Counted from the first letter of the stretch, positions 1-9,887 are shown. The stretch is 64,000 nt of DNA from Betaproteobacteria bacterium (GCA_028139135.1 JAOINB010000001.1:45171-109170); one strand, 5' to 3'. Notes: generated by a model from the sequence alone, not told the origin. Program-made: numbers and translations.

Positions 1-196
1 ACCGCCAACCCAAAGAAGTTCTTACTAAATCTAGTCCCCTGTCCTTCCACTCTAACTGAATTTCCGCAAGACAGCTTTCAATCGTTTTTAATCCCGGCTC
101 ACTATCAAAAATCGCATTCGCCTTTTTAGTAGTCAAGGGTATCTCACTAGCCAAAAGCAAAGCCTCCAAAATAATTTTTATCTCTTTTTTATCCAA
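1..196 (-). CDS. scpB: Segregation and condensation protein B (ScpB), N-terminal part; gene runs off the left edge
   Basis: Own minus-strand translation from TTG at 196: LDKKEIKIILEALLLASEIPLTTKKANAIFDSEPGLKTIESCLAEIQLEWKDRGLDLVRTSLGW. This fits the conserved ScpB N-terminus (EALLFAS-x-PL). An in-frame stop lies just upstream of the TTG. Absent from the ORF track because it is truncated. Confidence 0.55.
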   Translation of the reverse strand, partial: MDKKEIKIILEALLLASEIPLTTKKANAIFDSEPGLKTIESCLAEIQLEWKDRGLDLVRTSLGWR

Positions 197-226
197 CTCT
201 TTCCGCTAACGTTTACCTGGTTTTTT

Positions 227-742
227 TTAATTACTTACTAATTTTTTTTCGAATTTCTTTAAAGTATTTTTGTACATTTCGGTCACAGCTGCTATCGCAG
301 CTTCATCATTCTCCTCAGGTGGCGGGTCGTTATTTAAAAACTTCCTGTAAAAAGCCCCTTTATAAGTAATTTTAATCTTTCCAGAGTCACCCTCTTCCAA
401 ACGAAACCTAGCGCTATAGTTATTTACGGGTAACTCTCCAGGCTTTTTCAGCCTGTATTTCAAAAGTTTTTTTTCCGAATCAAGAGTCAGTATCTGAACC
501 ACCCCACTTTCTCCGGAAAACATAGATATCGGCTGGAGATCCTCTCCCTTTTTGTCAATGGACTTATACATGGAATGCCATTGTCCAATATTTCGCAAAT
601 CAGAAACAAGTGCCCATGCCTCGTTCAGTTCCGCCTTAATAGTAACACTTTCAGATACTTTCTGCCTAGTTGGACCATGGGCAAAAATAAGTCCAGGGAA
701 CATCAATATCACGATTAACTTCGCAAATTTTACATTAACCAC
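227..742 (-). CDS. Periplasmic SRPBCC-fold protein, MxaD-like
   Basis: Signal peptide followed by AHGPTRQKV and a START/SRPBCC-like pattern. It is the last gene of the mxa-like operon, where MxaD sits in canonical mxa clusters. Confidence 0.6.
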   Translation of the reverse strand: MVNVKFAKLIVILMFPGLIFAHGPTRQKVSESVTIKAELNEAWALVSDLRNIGQWHSMYKSIDKKGEDLQPISMFSGESGVVQILTLDSEKKLLKYRLKKPGELPVNNYSARFRLEEGDSGKIKITYKGAFYRKFLNNDPPPEENDEAAIAAVTEMYKNTLKKFEKKLVSN

Positions 743-771
743 GCATCTCCCTCCAATTAATTAAATATAAA

Positions 772-1722
772 TTAGTCTGCAAAAATAAAATCCCCAAAAT
801 TTCGTGGGTTCATACCAGTGGGAGCATAGCTCACAACTGACTGGTCCCTCTCATCAATGGCAATAATTTCCTCATCAAGCCAACTGACGAAAATAATAAA
901 TGGACCGTGAGTATCAATACCTTCGGGAAAACTTGCAGAAGCAACTGTTTTTTCGAGTAATAACAATTCCGTGTTTATAATTGAAATAGAGTCTGAGTAC
1001 TGGTTTGTAACAAATGACTTTTTTCCATCCATGGAAAAAGTCATGCAATAAGGTTTTTTTCCAACTTTAACCCTCTTGATTTCTTGACGCTTAGTTACAT
1101 CCACAATGGAAACATCGTTACTCTGTACATTAGTAACATATAAATGGTTTTTACTTGATAATAGCTTTAGTCCAAAAGGATGATCCCCTACCATAATTTT
1201 TCCAATGACTTTTTCCTCAGATAATGAAACTACAAAAACAGAATTGCTATCCCTACTTACAACGTATATTTCGTCGTTTTTCTCCGAAACAGAAATTCCT
1301 GCCGGGGCCTTGCCCACCTCAATGCACCTGCTCTTGTGAGAATTTAACTGAATAACGAGTAGACAGTTATTAAACCAATCTGACACAAAAAGACGTTTGC
1401 CATCGGGTGAAACAGCAACTCCCAAACTACTCCCGTTGAGGCCTATGGTTTTTTTAACCTCTAAGGAATCTACGTCTATTACACTAATTTCTGAACTTTC
1501 CGTATTCGAAATATAGGCTTCTCTGTTAACAGTGCTTAAAGCGACTCCAGCTGGAGCCTTGCCAACTCGCACTTCCCGAAGAAGCTCGAACTTACCGTCA
1601 AAACTATAAACTGTGACAGAATTGCTTCCCTGGTTTGTAACAAAAACTTTTACATCTGCTCCAGCAGATAGGATTGAGCACAGCAGAACTAGTCCAATAA
1701 ATATTTTACTCAGAACATTCAC
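772..1722 (-). CDS. YVTN-family beta-propeller repeat protein (PQQ-dehydrogenase-associated type)
   Basis: Signal peptide and about 6-7 repeats of the S-N-S-V-x-V-(I/V)-D type (SNSVTVYSF, SSEISVIDV, SNSVFVVSL, SNDVSIVDV, SDSISIINT). Adjacent to a MoxJ-like binding protein. Confidence 0.75.
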   Translation of the reverse strand: MNVLSKIFIGLVLLCSILSAGADVKVFVTNQGSNSVTVYSFDGKFELLREVRVGKAPAGVALSTVNREAYISNTESSEISVIDVDSLEVKKTIGLNGSSLGVAVSPDGKRLFVSDWFNNCLLVIQLNSHKSRCIEVGKAPAGISVSEKNDEIYVVSRDSNSVFVVSLSEEKVIGKIMVGDHPFGLKLLSSKNHLYVTNVQSNDVSIVDVTKRQEIKRVKVGKKPYCMTFSMDGKKSFVTNQYSDSISIINTELLLLEKTVASASFPEGIDTHGPFIIFVSWLDEEIIAIDERDQSVVSYAPTGMNPRNFGDFIFAD

Positions 1723-1760
1723 ACTTTTAAAAAGATTAATTAAGGGAGAAGATTATACAA

Positions 1761-2654
1761 TTATCTAGAAAATTTCTCTTTTCCTATAATCACTGACCCA
1801 TCAGCCATGACTAAAGGAACACCATACTTACTAATGATTTCATTAATATCCGGTTGTCTCTGAGAAATAAACTTTTCAACCATTTTTTTCCACTTTGGCT
1901 CCCGATATCGAACTGCCATCGCTATAGAATAGTCTGTACGCATCTCTTTATCACCAATCAACGGAATTAATCTTATTTTTCTATCAGTCACCTGTGAAGC
2001 TGAATAAGCGGCTATCGGTCCCCACGCTATTGCAAAATCAATTTGCCCTTCAGCGAGGTTCTTTTCTATTATAAGACCCGGATACTCATTTGGATCACTT
2101 TGCATCCTTACGAAGGGCATCATTTGTCCTGCAAACCCATTTTTTACCACCCAGTCAGCCCCAGGAGTTCCCTGAAAAATTCCAAACTTCCGGCCCTCAA
2201 GCTTACTCCTGTCCATATTAAGTAGATCATCCGATGACCGGATACCCTCGAAGACTGGTGTATCTGGAATAACCATTACCCATGTAGACGTGTAATACGT
2301 TTTCGTACCAAGCGCCCCCTCTGGGTCAGGCGAAGCACCGATTGCAATATCACAAGCAAACCCGCTTTCAGAACCTGGGTCTTTCGCCCGAATTGTATTT
2401 CTAAAAAAAGCTAACCTTTGAGGAAACCACTTATAATCCAATTTCCACCCCAAATCTTTTGCCAATAATTCTGCAATTTTGTTCTCAAACCCTTCCTTCT
2501 TAATGTTTGAGAGGGGCATACTATTGGGATCTGCGCAAACTCTTAATATTGTCCAGTTATCCGGATTTAGATCATTAGCGTTCGTACTCCTAAAGCAAGC
2601 AGCAAGAACAAGCGCGATGCAAAGAAAACCTAGAGCCTTTATTTCTTGCGTCAC
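1761..2654 (-). CDS. Quinoprotein-dehydrogenase-associated periplasmic binding protein (MoxJ/XoxJ-like)
   Basis: LRVCADPNSMPLSN...GFENKIAELLAKDLG...WFPQR..FFRNT...CDIAIG is the typical MoxJ-like type-2 periplasmic binding protein pattern. A signal peptide is present. Confidence 0.75.
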   Translation of the reverse strand: MTQEIKALGFLCIALVLAACFRSTNANDLNPDNWTILRVCADPNSMPLSNIKKEGFENKIAELLAKDLGWKLDYKWFPQRLAFFRNTIRAKDPGSESGFACDIAIGASPDPEGALGTKTYYTSTWVMVIPDTPVFEGIRSSDDLLNMDRSKLEGRKFGIFQGTPGADWVVKNGFAGQMMPFVRMQSDPNEYPGLIIEKNLAEGQIDFAIAWGPIAAYSASQVTDRKIRLIPLIGDKEMRTDYSIAMAVRYREPKWKKMVEKFISQRQPDINEIISKYGVPLVMADGSVIIGKEKFSR

Positions 2655-2666
2655 TAATCTAATCCT

Positions 2667-3062
2667 TTATTTCTCGAAAGACCTAACTCTTCCCTTTGGC
2701 ACCTTGCCATCAGATCTGCCTTTTAGATAAGCGTACAACAAATCCACTTTCTTTTTTCCGGTCTTTTCATCTACTTTATTGAGATGAGGGTGAGCAGGCA
2801 TGCCTTTAGCATTTCTTCCCTCAATCATAACGGTAATAAATTCTTTGTAAGAAAGAACCTTAAGCGACTCAATTAATGAAGGGCCCACTAATCCCTGCTG
2901 ATTATTCCCATGACACCTTTCACAAGCAGATGCCCTCCAGACTTTAAATCCCTTTTCGGTAGCAGCATCAACCTTGCCATCTTTTACGACATACAGGGGA
3001 TCGGCTGCACCTAGTATGCCAGACAGAAATAACGTGGAAAAAAACATTAGAACTTTGTACAT
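2667..3062 (-). CDS. Small periplasmic mono-heme cytochrome c
   Basis: Signal peptide, a single CERCH heme-binding motif and a downstream Met (GMPAHP). Strong SD (AAAGGAGGGTG) upstream. Confidence 0.8.
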   Translation of the reverse strand: MYKVLMFFSTLFLSGILGAADPLYVVKDGKVDAATEKGFKVWRASACERCHGNNQQGLVGPSLIESLKVLSYKEFITVMIEGRNAKGMPAHPHLNKVDEKTGKKKVDLLYAYLKGRSDGKVPKGRVRSFEK

Positions 3063-3149
3063 GTCTACACCCTCCTTTATGCCTAGTATCTCATAAAATT
3101 AAAAAAAAAAAGCCAGAATATGTCGAAACTAGAGTATTCCCTATACCTT

Positions 3150-4115
3150 TTATACCTTTTTTCTAAAGCTCTTAACAAAGACCATTAACAAACAAAACAT
3201 CGCGCAAAGAGCAAAAAAAATTGAGACATTTGTCTCGAATTTTCTCCAACTTGCAAATCTATAACCATCCAATGACTTCAATAACGACTCCGTAGAATCC
3301 AATTTTTCATAATGCAAACCATGTTCATCAGCTAGTAACTTTAAATACTTCCCACGTAATGAGCTCATATGTTCTTTTCCCGGCGTCGCTTGCAGGTTTT
3401 CTACTAAAAAAGGATCAACTTCAAACCCTGGTTCATCAACCAAAGTCTCTGCACTGTCACTTCCCTTTCTACCTAGAGAAAACTGATCTAACTGAAATAC
3501 ATCGTCTTCCCCCCACATGCCAAACCTCTCACCGCTTCTGCTAACTCTAGGAATTCCTACCAAATCATCACCCCCTACTCCTATGATAATACCTGACTCA
3601 ACACCATTTTTTTTATCAAAACGCGGCCGATATTTAGCAGATATTGGTGGGGCCTCGTGTCCATCAGTAAAAAAAACCACATGGCTTTTTCTTTGGATGT
3701 TCCCCACCAAATTTAACGCATTAAAAAGTCCTTTTGAAACTTCGCTGTCACCCGCCCAAATTATCCCGGTATTCAAATTCTCTATACTCTTCAGGATATC
3801 TGAAAAATGCTCGCAGACTTCTATCGGGTCGTAAAGAATAGTTGTCTGATAGCCTGCAAATACTCCTAACCCCACATAGGTGCCGCAAGTCAAACCTGGG
3901 ATGGCATCCGATAGCGTCTTCTTCGTAAACTCAAGACGAGATACTGATTCAGTGCCGATATTCTTGTCTTCTACGTTCATACTCATCGTTACATCAACAA
4001 CAAATACAAAACTTTTTAACGGCCTGGGCAAATCAATTTCGATATCACTTGCTGCAAGACCCAAAAATATCCAGCACAAAATTATAAACAATTTATTTTT
4101 TAAAAAAAAAAGCAT
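3150..4115 (-). CDS. von Willebrand factor A domain protein, MxaL-like
   Basis: N-terminal TM, MIDAS-like VVDVTMSMN, C-terminal TM. Its position after the MxaK-like gene matches mxaRSACKL order. Confidence 0.7.
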   Translation of the reverse strand: MLFFLKNKLFIILCWIFLGLAASDIEIDLPRPLKSFVFVVDVTMSMNVEDKNIGTESVSRLEFTKKTLSDAIPGLTCGTYVGLGVFAGYQTTILYDPIEVCEHFSDILKSIENLNTGIIWAGDSEVSKGLFNALNLVGNIQRKSHVVFFTDGHEAPPISAKYRPRFDKKNGVESGIIIGVGGDDLVGIPRVSRSGERFGMWGEDDVFQLDQFSLGRKGSDSAETLVDEPGFEVDPFLVENLQATPGKEHMSSLRGKYLKLLADEHGLHYEKLDSTESLLKSLDGYRFASWRKFETNVSIFFALCAMFCLLMVFVKSFRKKV

Positions 4116-4132
4116 AACGTAAGATTTTTTTT

Positions 4133-4681
4133 CTAAGGCATGCCGATAGCCTGTAACTTCATTGTTGTCACGGCTCTCTCTCCCCGTTCGGGCCTAATTG
4201 AATCATCAGATGCATTAAAATTTCGTTCAGGAGCCATTTGTAATGCCCTTTCTAAGTTGTAACGAGAACCACGATGAACAGGAAAAAGTTCAAGGGCTTT
4301 TCTGTAGGTCAATTTAGCAAGTTCTAAATTGGGTACTACTAGCTCCGTTTTGAAGTTTTCTTTTGCATCAACCGCTGCACGAAAATAAATATTTGCGCTG
4401 TTAAAAAGAGCTTTTGCCTTGATCTCATCAGAAATTTTTTCCTGAGATATATCATTTAAGATTCTTAATGCCATATTTTTTTCATCTCGTTGTAAATGTA
4501 ATTTTGCCAGTGCAAATCGTTCTTCAATAAATTCGGAATTTTCGGGTTTTTCACTTACTATGCGAGCGTTAGCTTTTCGTTTTTCGTTCAAAATCATGAC
4601 GTCCTTGGCAATCAAGAAAGAGAGTATGCCTGTAACGATCACGGAAAACACTGTTATTTTTGCTCGCCTTGTAGTTCCCAT
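4133..4681 (-). CDS. Membrane-anchored TPR-like protein, MxaK-like
   Basis: N-terminal TM followed by a helical TPR-like region. Overlaps the upstream vWA gene by 28 nt. The call rests mainly on position. Confidence 0.5.
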   Translation of the reverse strand: MGTTRRAKITVFSVIVTGILSFLIAKDVMILNEKRKANARIVSEKPENSEFIEERFALAKLHLQRDEKNMALRILNDISQEKISDEIKAKALFNSANIYFRAAVDAKENFKTELVVPNLELAKLTYRKALELFPVHRGSRYNLERALQMAPERNFNASDDSIRPERGERAVTTMKLQAIGMP

Positions 4682-5676
4682 CTAGTCACCTCAAACATTG
4701 AAAAAATCAAAAACGGAGTGAAAAAAACAAATGCCCATAAAAACGCCGTATCCGATAGGGATTTTGGAGGAGTAATTACTTGAAATCTAGTCGGCAGTTT
4801 TTGTAACTTATCGATTTCTTTCAACGCATTTTTTAACTGATCATTATCAGACGCCTCATAAACCTTGTAAGGAGCACCAATACTTTGAAAATATTTATGT
4901 AAAAAAAACTCAGGCACCGCACCAGAACCTGCTGAATCTATTTGGTCCTCAGATAAGCCAGGGCTTCCCCTGCCTCTTAAGTAAATCCAGTAAATAGAGA
5001 TTTGATGCCTATTTGACAACTCAGCGATTTCTTGTCTGGTCCTCGGGTCAATCTGAGCGCCACCATCCGAAATAAGCATTAAAACCCTAGACGCAGTGTA
5101 AGATCTATTTGAAAAAAAACTTAAACCCTCGAGCAAGACGGCAGCTATATCGGTTTCTGCTAAGCTTTTTCCGTAAACGGAAGCGTTTATAGCACCTTGA
5201 ATCGCATCATGATTCCTAGTAAGCGGAAACAACCTAATTGGTCTTGATGAAAAATTAACGAGTCCGAAAAAATCGTCTGGTCTATTCGAGATGAAATTCG
5301 ATAAAACATTTTTTGCCGCTTCTTTTTTTGTTGACATCTCTTTGGTATTAATTATGAGGGAACGACTAAAATCCACTTTCCCATAGGGTTGATCCATACT
5401 CCTGCTTCTATCTAACAACAAAACTATTTCTGCGCCTGTTCCCGTTTTTACTGTCGCCCTTTGACCATAGTAAGGTCCGGACAGACCAAACAAACACGCT
5501 ATAATGGTCATTGTCAGAGTGAGCCTAACCATCAATTCAATCAAATTACTTTCTCTGTCAATCGGAACAATAGGAAGATTCCTTACTTCGATCGGAGTGC
5601 TCGGTAATTTTACCCACGGTAGAGCGGCCAATGGTAGTAAGCTAAAAACCCATAAACTGTCAAAATAAATCTGCAA
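4654..5676 (-). CDS. vWA domain membrane protein, MxaC/BatA-like
   Basis: Two N-terminal TMs, MIDAS motif LLLDRSRSMD, C-terminal TM. Confidence 0.75.
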   Translation of the reverse strand: MQIYFDSLWVFSLLPLAALPWVKLPSTPIEVRNLPIVPIDRESNLIELMVRLTLTMTIIACLFGLSGPYYGQRATVKTGTGAEIVLLLDRSRSMDQPYGKVDFSRSLIINTKEMSTKKEAAKNVLSNFISNRPDDFFGLVNFSSRPIRLFPLTRNHDAIQGAINASVYGKSLAETDIAAVLLEGLSFFSNRSYTASRVLMLISDGGAQIDPRTRQEIAELSNRHQISIYWIYLRGRGSPGLSEDQIDSAGSGAVPEFFLHKYFQSIGAPYKVYEASDNDQLKNALKEIDKLQKLPTRFQVITPPKSLSDTAFLWAFVFFTPFLIFSMFEVTRWELQGEQK

Positions 5677-6606
5677 TTAAACCAACCCTTTCTCAATAAG
5701 TGCTAGTTTATTCATCAACCTGCAAAATCGTTCCTTCTGTTCGGATGTAAACTTAAAGCTCTCATCGCTGTAAAAATATTTTTGAGAGCACCGTAAAAAA
5801 TATTCTAAGTCCTCAATTAAAGGGATATACGAGGGGATTTTCTCACACACTTCTCGTACCTCTTCGACAAAAATTGTTTTTTTAAAAGTTGTATTTAATG
5901 CATCATGAAATATTCGCAGGCTTTTTTCTTCAAAGTTATTTTGTTTTAGTTTAAGTAATGTAAGCACTTCTCTTCTTCCTTTATTAAAAGGTAAATTTTT
6001 AGTTCTAAAGAATTTATCCCATGGCATCCAACAAAAGAGTAATAGCGAGAATGGTAAAATTAAAATCAGAGAATATACTTGCAATCTATTTTCCGCATTA
6101 AAAGAGGAAATCATACCAACATCCTCATCTGGCTGTATATTTTCCAAACCGCCCATATTTGAAACCAAACGTGGCGTCAAAGGCGCTATTGTCACAAGAA
6201 GTTTTGGGACCTGAACAAATGCCGGCTTTCCATCAACAATAACATCAACTTTTCGAGCAGCTATTTCAACCATAGAAGGTACTTCTGGAACATTTATGAC
6301 CTGATAAGTTAATGAGAACTTAGGTTTATTTGCACTAACACCTAGGTCTCTTATGTCGACAACAGAAAACCATGTATCTATTCGTCCTAATCTAAGTTTT
6401 TCTTTATTTAACTGAACGTTTTTAGCAGATTCAACGAGAAAAACTCGCTCAATCTTATCCCCGAGAACATATCCAAATTGCCGCGGTTCAGTTATCTCAA
6501 CAGCCAGATCTGCTCTTGCTACCTGCACGACGAAAATCAGACACAACAGCAACAACCTTCGGAGCTGTGCACAAAGAAGTGAGCCTATCATGTTTCTAAT
6601 GCCCAA
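5677..6606 (-). CDS. MxaA-like protein (secreted N-terminal domain, mid TM)
   Basis: Signal peptide and a TM near residue 190. Lies between the DUF58 and vWA genes, as MxaA does. No diagnostic motif recognised. Confidence 0.5.
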   Translation of the reverse strand: MGIRNMIGSLLCAQLRRLLLLCLIFVVQVARADLAVEITEPRQFGYVLGDKIERVFLVESAKNVQLNKEKLRLGRIDTWFSVVDIRDLGVSANKPKFSLTYQVINVPEVPSMVEIAARKVDVIVDGKPAFVQVPKLLVTIAPLTPRLVSNMGGLENIQPDEDVGMISSFNAENRLQVYSLILILPFSLLLFCWMPWDKFFRTKNLPFNKGRREVLTLLKLKQNNFEEKSLRIFHDALNTTFKKTIFVEEVREVCEKIPSYIPLIEDLEYFLRCSQKYFYSDESFKFTSEQKERFCRLMNKLALIEKGLV

Positions 6607-7444
6607 AAAAATGTTCTGTTAGCACTTTGGGATCAAAGTCTCCCAAAATCTTTACCGGCATAGAATTAAATTGACGACAGATGGTTAATAATTGTTGATC
6701 TCGTTTTCTATAATTTTCTTTTAATGAATCCTTGAACTTTTTCGTTAAGAGAACAAGCTTTTTCCGTCTTGTTTCTGAATCGCTTAGAAATGCAAAACCG
6801 AATCGATCATATCCTGAGTGCTCTACCTCATCCTCAAGAATAATTGGCACAACCTGGTGTGAAATTGTACGACTAAAAAAATAAGACAATAGGTTGCGCG
6901 AGATATGAAAATCCGAAATAAAAAATAGTAAACACTTCTCCTTAGGCAACCAATTTGGCGCTTCGATTAATCCTTTATGACCCCTCCCAGTTTTTCCTGG
7001 GGGAAATTGTAAATTTAACGTATCAAAATTTACTGGGATGCGCTGTGTTGCCGGCATGAACCAATCTTGCCTAAATTTATTATCAAAACCAATAAGTCCA
7101 AAACGGTCACCGTATCTTCGTACAGAATTCATAACCGATGTTAATATTTTAATTATTAGATTTTTTCCATTTTGAAGACCATGAAAGCGAACAGAAGCAG
7201 ATAAGTCCACAATGGCAAACACAGAGACTGCAGACCTTTGTTTAAATTCCCTTACCAACCATCGTTCATATGGGTCAATAATACTTGCGCGTAAATCTAG
7301 CCGCCGAGGGTCAGGATATTGTTGCAAGGAAACTAATCTATTGAATTCCATGCCCGATCCTCTTTCAGAACTCTTGTGAGAACCAGGACGGGAACTTTTT
7401 GAGGACCCGGAAAGTTTATATTGAAAATCGAATGTTTCTTCCAT
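6596..7444 (-). CDS. DUF58 protein (MxaS-like), MoxR partner
   Basis: GSHKSSERGSGMEFNRLVSLQQYPDPRRLDLRAS matches the DUF58 signature. A degenerate vWA-like VDLSAS follows. Located immediately after MoxR. Confidence 0.75.
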   Translation of the reverse strand: MEETFDFQYKLSGSSKSSRPGSHKSSERGSGMEFNRLVSLQQYPDPRRLDLRASIIDPYERWLVREFKQRSAVSVFAIVDLSASVRFHGLQNGKNLIIKILTSVMNSVRRYGDRFGLIGFDNKFRQDWFMPATQRIPVNFDTLNLQFPPGKTGRGHKGLIEAPNWLPKEKCLLFFISDFHISRNLLSYFFSRTISHQVVPIILEDEVEHSGYDRFGFAFLSDSETRRKKLVLLTKKFKDSLKENYRKRDQQLLTICRQFNSMPVKILGDFDPKVLTEHFFGH

Positions 7445-7448
7445 TGAG

Positions 7449-8468
7449 CTAGGGAGTAGGGACTCTCTGAGTACAACAATTTATAACTTTTTCCATAATC
7501 TCTTTATGCTGAAACTCATAATTGGGATACAGAACAATTCTATGGGCCATAGTCTCTTGAAGTCCTCCATGCAGATCCTCAGGAATTAAATCCAATCTTC
7601 CTGCTAACCACGCGTTGACTTTCGCAGCTCTAATTAGCATGGCCATTCCCCTCGGGCTAGCTCCACTCTCAACAAGTTTATTTACGTCCAAACCGTCTAT
7701 TTCTTTAACGCCTAAAGTTCTAGGATCTCGTAATGCTGTCCAAAGACGTATCGCGTAATCTTTCATAGGTTCAGACTCCTTGACACTTTCCTGAATATTT
7801 TGAGCTATGTCATTTAATTCGCTGTATGGCACTACTGCTGCGGGAACATTTTGGATAAGAGAGTCCACATCATAAAATTTATCATTAAAAATTAATTCTT
7901 TTTGAATCAAATTATCCTTCGGAGTCTCTATAGAAATTTCCATTAGAAAGCGGTCTTTTGCAGCAGAAGAAATTTCAAAAGTCTCCTCTTTCTCTATCCT
8001 ATTTCTATCGGCGAAAACCTGTAAGTGCGGAAAGCGATATTCTTTATTAAAGGCAGTTACACTTCTTTCCGCCATCGCTCGTAACATGAGAGAATGAACT
8101 TGAGGCCTGGCTCGATTAATTTCATTAAAAAAAAAGGTTGAGAGTGATTTACCATGCATGAGAAGCGGACCTGGATCAACCTTTGGTTTTCCATCCTCAC
8201 TTATATATGTGTGATAAATGAGATCGGTCGGCATCATATCGACACTACCTTCGACTCTCTCGTAAGCCCCTCCTAGTGATCTAGCCACTGCTCGTAAAAG
8301 AGTGGTTTTCCCAACACCCACATCTCCCTCTAAAAGCACGTGTCCTCTTGAGAAGATTGCTATTGTTAGTAGATGAATAGCCCGCTCTTGTCCAACGATC
8401 GCAGACTTTATGGCAGCTTCCAACTTAGAAGCCTTTTGTAGCCAATCGGCTAACTGATTCTCAGACAA
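7449..8468 (-). CDS. moxR: MoxR-family AAA+ ATPase (MxaR-like)
   Basis: Walker A GDVGVGKTT, Walker B-like FFFNEINRARPQV, typical MoxR length. Confidence 0.9.
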   Translation of the reverse strand: MSENQLADWLQKASKLEAAIKSAIVGQERAIHLLTIAIFSRGHVLLEGDVGVGKTTLLRAVARSLGGAYERVEGSVDMMPTDLIYHTYISEDGKPKVDPGPLLMHGKSLSTFFFNEINRARPQVHSLMLRAMAERSVTAFNKEYRFPHLQVFADRNRIEKEETFEISSAAKDRFLMEISIETPKDNLIQKELIFNDKFYDVDSLIQNVPAAVVPYSELNDIAQNIQESVKESEPMKDYAIRLWTALRDPRTLGVKEIDGLDVNKLVESGASPRGMAMLIRAAKVNAWLAGRLDLIPEDLHGGLQETMAHRIVLYPNYEFQHKEIMEKVINCCTQRVPTP

Positions 8469-8552
8469 TTCTTTCCTTTCATAGATTCTGTATACTTAAG
8501 GAACAAACTGAGTTCGAAAAAATCTACCTAGATATTATTACTGAGTACATAA
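8469..8552. promoter_or_regulatory. Divergent intergenic region (moxR operon / secreted hypothetical)
   Basis: Inferred only from divergent gene geometry. No -35/-10 boxes could be assigned confidently. Confidence 0.3.
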
Positions 8553-9293
8553 ATGAAGATAACAGTATATTCCAGTTTTTTTTCCTTAGTTATTATAGGG
8601 GTTTGCCAGCTTTTCTTGATAAATGCAGTTGGTGCCCAGAAAGAACCAGTTAATGCACAACAGCACAACACCGGTTTAAATCCAAAGTCTGAGATAACCG
8701 AACCCGAAAAACTCCTTTTTTTGAAAAATCATCTAGAAAACTTACCTTCATCGACGGTTTTAACATACAAATACCTAGGCGAAGGAGAGACTGTCAAAAC
8801 TAGATCAAAGAAAATAGAGCTGAGCTTTGAGAAGACTGATACCGGTACTGTGGTTACCGGATTTACTGAGATTGGTAAGACAAAAAAGCCAATTGAGAAA
8901 ATAGCGAATGCCGTCAGCAATCCAGTTATTTTAGAGTACCTTGAAGCTGACATTATTGAAATGCAAAAACTCACTAAGGGGCAACCAAATTACTTCCGAA
9001 AACGCATCCGAGCAGCTCTAGCAGAAGGACCGGAGATTTTTCGAAAAAAGCAGACATTTAATGGCGAATCAATTGAAGTATTAACGTTTTCCATCGAACC
9101 GTACGCTAAAGACCCACTGAGGTTTGAGTCGGGAAGGTCAAAATACAGGCGATACAGTAAGAAGAAATATACTTTTTACCTTTCAGAAAATATCCCTGGA
9201 CATATTTTGGGTATTGATTATGAAATTCCAAAACGAAAAAAGAAGGGGGCGGTGCAAGAATATTATGGCAAACAACAAATGCGCCTAGAATAA
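8553..9293 (+). CDS. Secreted hypothetical protein, Lys-rich C-terminus
   Basis: Long ORF with a signal peptide. No recognisable family. Confidence 0.55.
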   Translation: MKITVYSSFFSLVIIGVCQLFLINAVGAQKEPVNAQQHNTGLNPKSEITEPEKLLFLKNHLENLPSSTVLTYKYLGEGETVKTRSKKIELSFEKTDTGTVVTGFTEIGKTKKPIEKIANAVSNPVILEYLEADIIEMQKLTKGQPNYFRKRIRAALAEGPEIFRKKQTFNGESIEVLTFSIEPYAKDPLRFESGRSKYRRYSKKKYTFYLSENIPGHILGIDYEIPKRKKKGAVQEYYGKQQMRLE

Positions 9294-9311
9294 TAAGCTA
9301 GCACGAGTAAA

Positions 9312-9836
9312 TCAGTTTGACCCCTGATTCGTATCTTCCCCTGCCTTCATACCATCAACTTTATCAGCTACTTTGTCCTCTTTCTCAGAAGTTGGTTGAA
9401 TATTGGATGCAACTAAATTAGGTGCCTTACCACAGATGATAAAGAAAATCCGTTCGCTTACCGGATCGGACTCAATAGGTTTCCAATCAAATTGTCCCTC
9501 AGTATTTGCAACCCTTAAACGTCCTTTGGCCATAACTCCCGAATGGTGATGCTTTAAAAATATTCGCTTCCTGGATTTCTCGCAGTCATAATCCATTTGG
9601 GAAGATATGGATTGCGGCGGAACCCTCTTAATTTGACGAAAATTTTTGAGTTGCCATACCCTGCCAATCTGCTCTTCCGACAAAGTAATTGAATTTCTGT
9701 CCAAAAAATAGACTGCTTCGTTATCAACCGTTACTATTTCCCAGTTTTTTTTTAACTCTCCAAACGCAGCACAAGGCAGCCCAAAAGCAAGCACATAAAA
9801 AAGAAATATATTTTTTTTCATAAAAAACTTAGCCAT
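9312..9836 (-). CDS. Small secreted two-Cys protein, surface-adhesin-E-like (paralogue 1 of 4)
   Basis: Signal peptide, W-x-x-V...YFLD...S...MDYDC...W.PI...FIICG pattern shared with ORFs at 12264, 28311 and 61490. An alternative start at M6 is possible. Confidence 0.6.
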   Translation of the reverse strand: MAKFFMKKNIFLFYVLAFGLPCAAFGELKKNWEIVTVDNEAVYFLDRNSITLSEEQIGRVWQLKNFRQIKRVPPQSISSQMDYDCEKSRKRIFLKHHHSGVMAKGRLRVANTEGQFDWKPIESDPVSERIFFIICGKAPNLVASNIQPTSEKEDKVADKVDGMKAGEDTNQGSN

Positions 9837-9887
9837 AACTATGTATCGGTTAGAATTAAATACTCTTTAACACATTTCATTGTAACC

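Noticed and set aside
3150-8468. Interpreting MoxR-DUF58-x-vWA-TPR-vWA as a Bat (Bacteroides aerotolerance-like) operon rather than Mxa-type
   Set aside because: Not fully excluded. However, the operon continues directly into a cytochrome c, a MoxJ-like binding protein, a YVTN propeller and an MxaD-like SRPBCC protein. That is the PQQ-dehydrogenase context. Kept as an Mxa-like call with moderate confidence.
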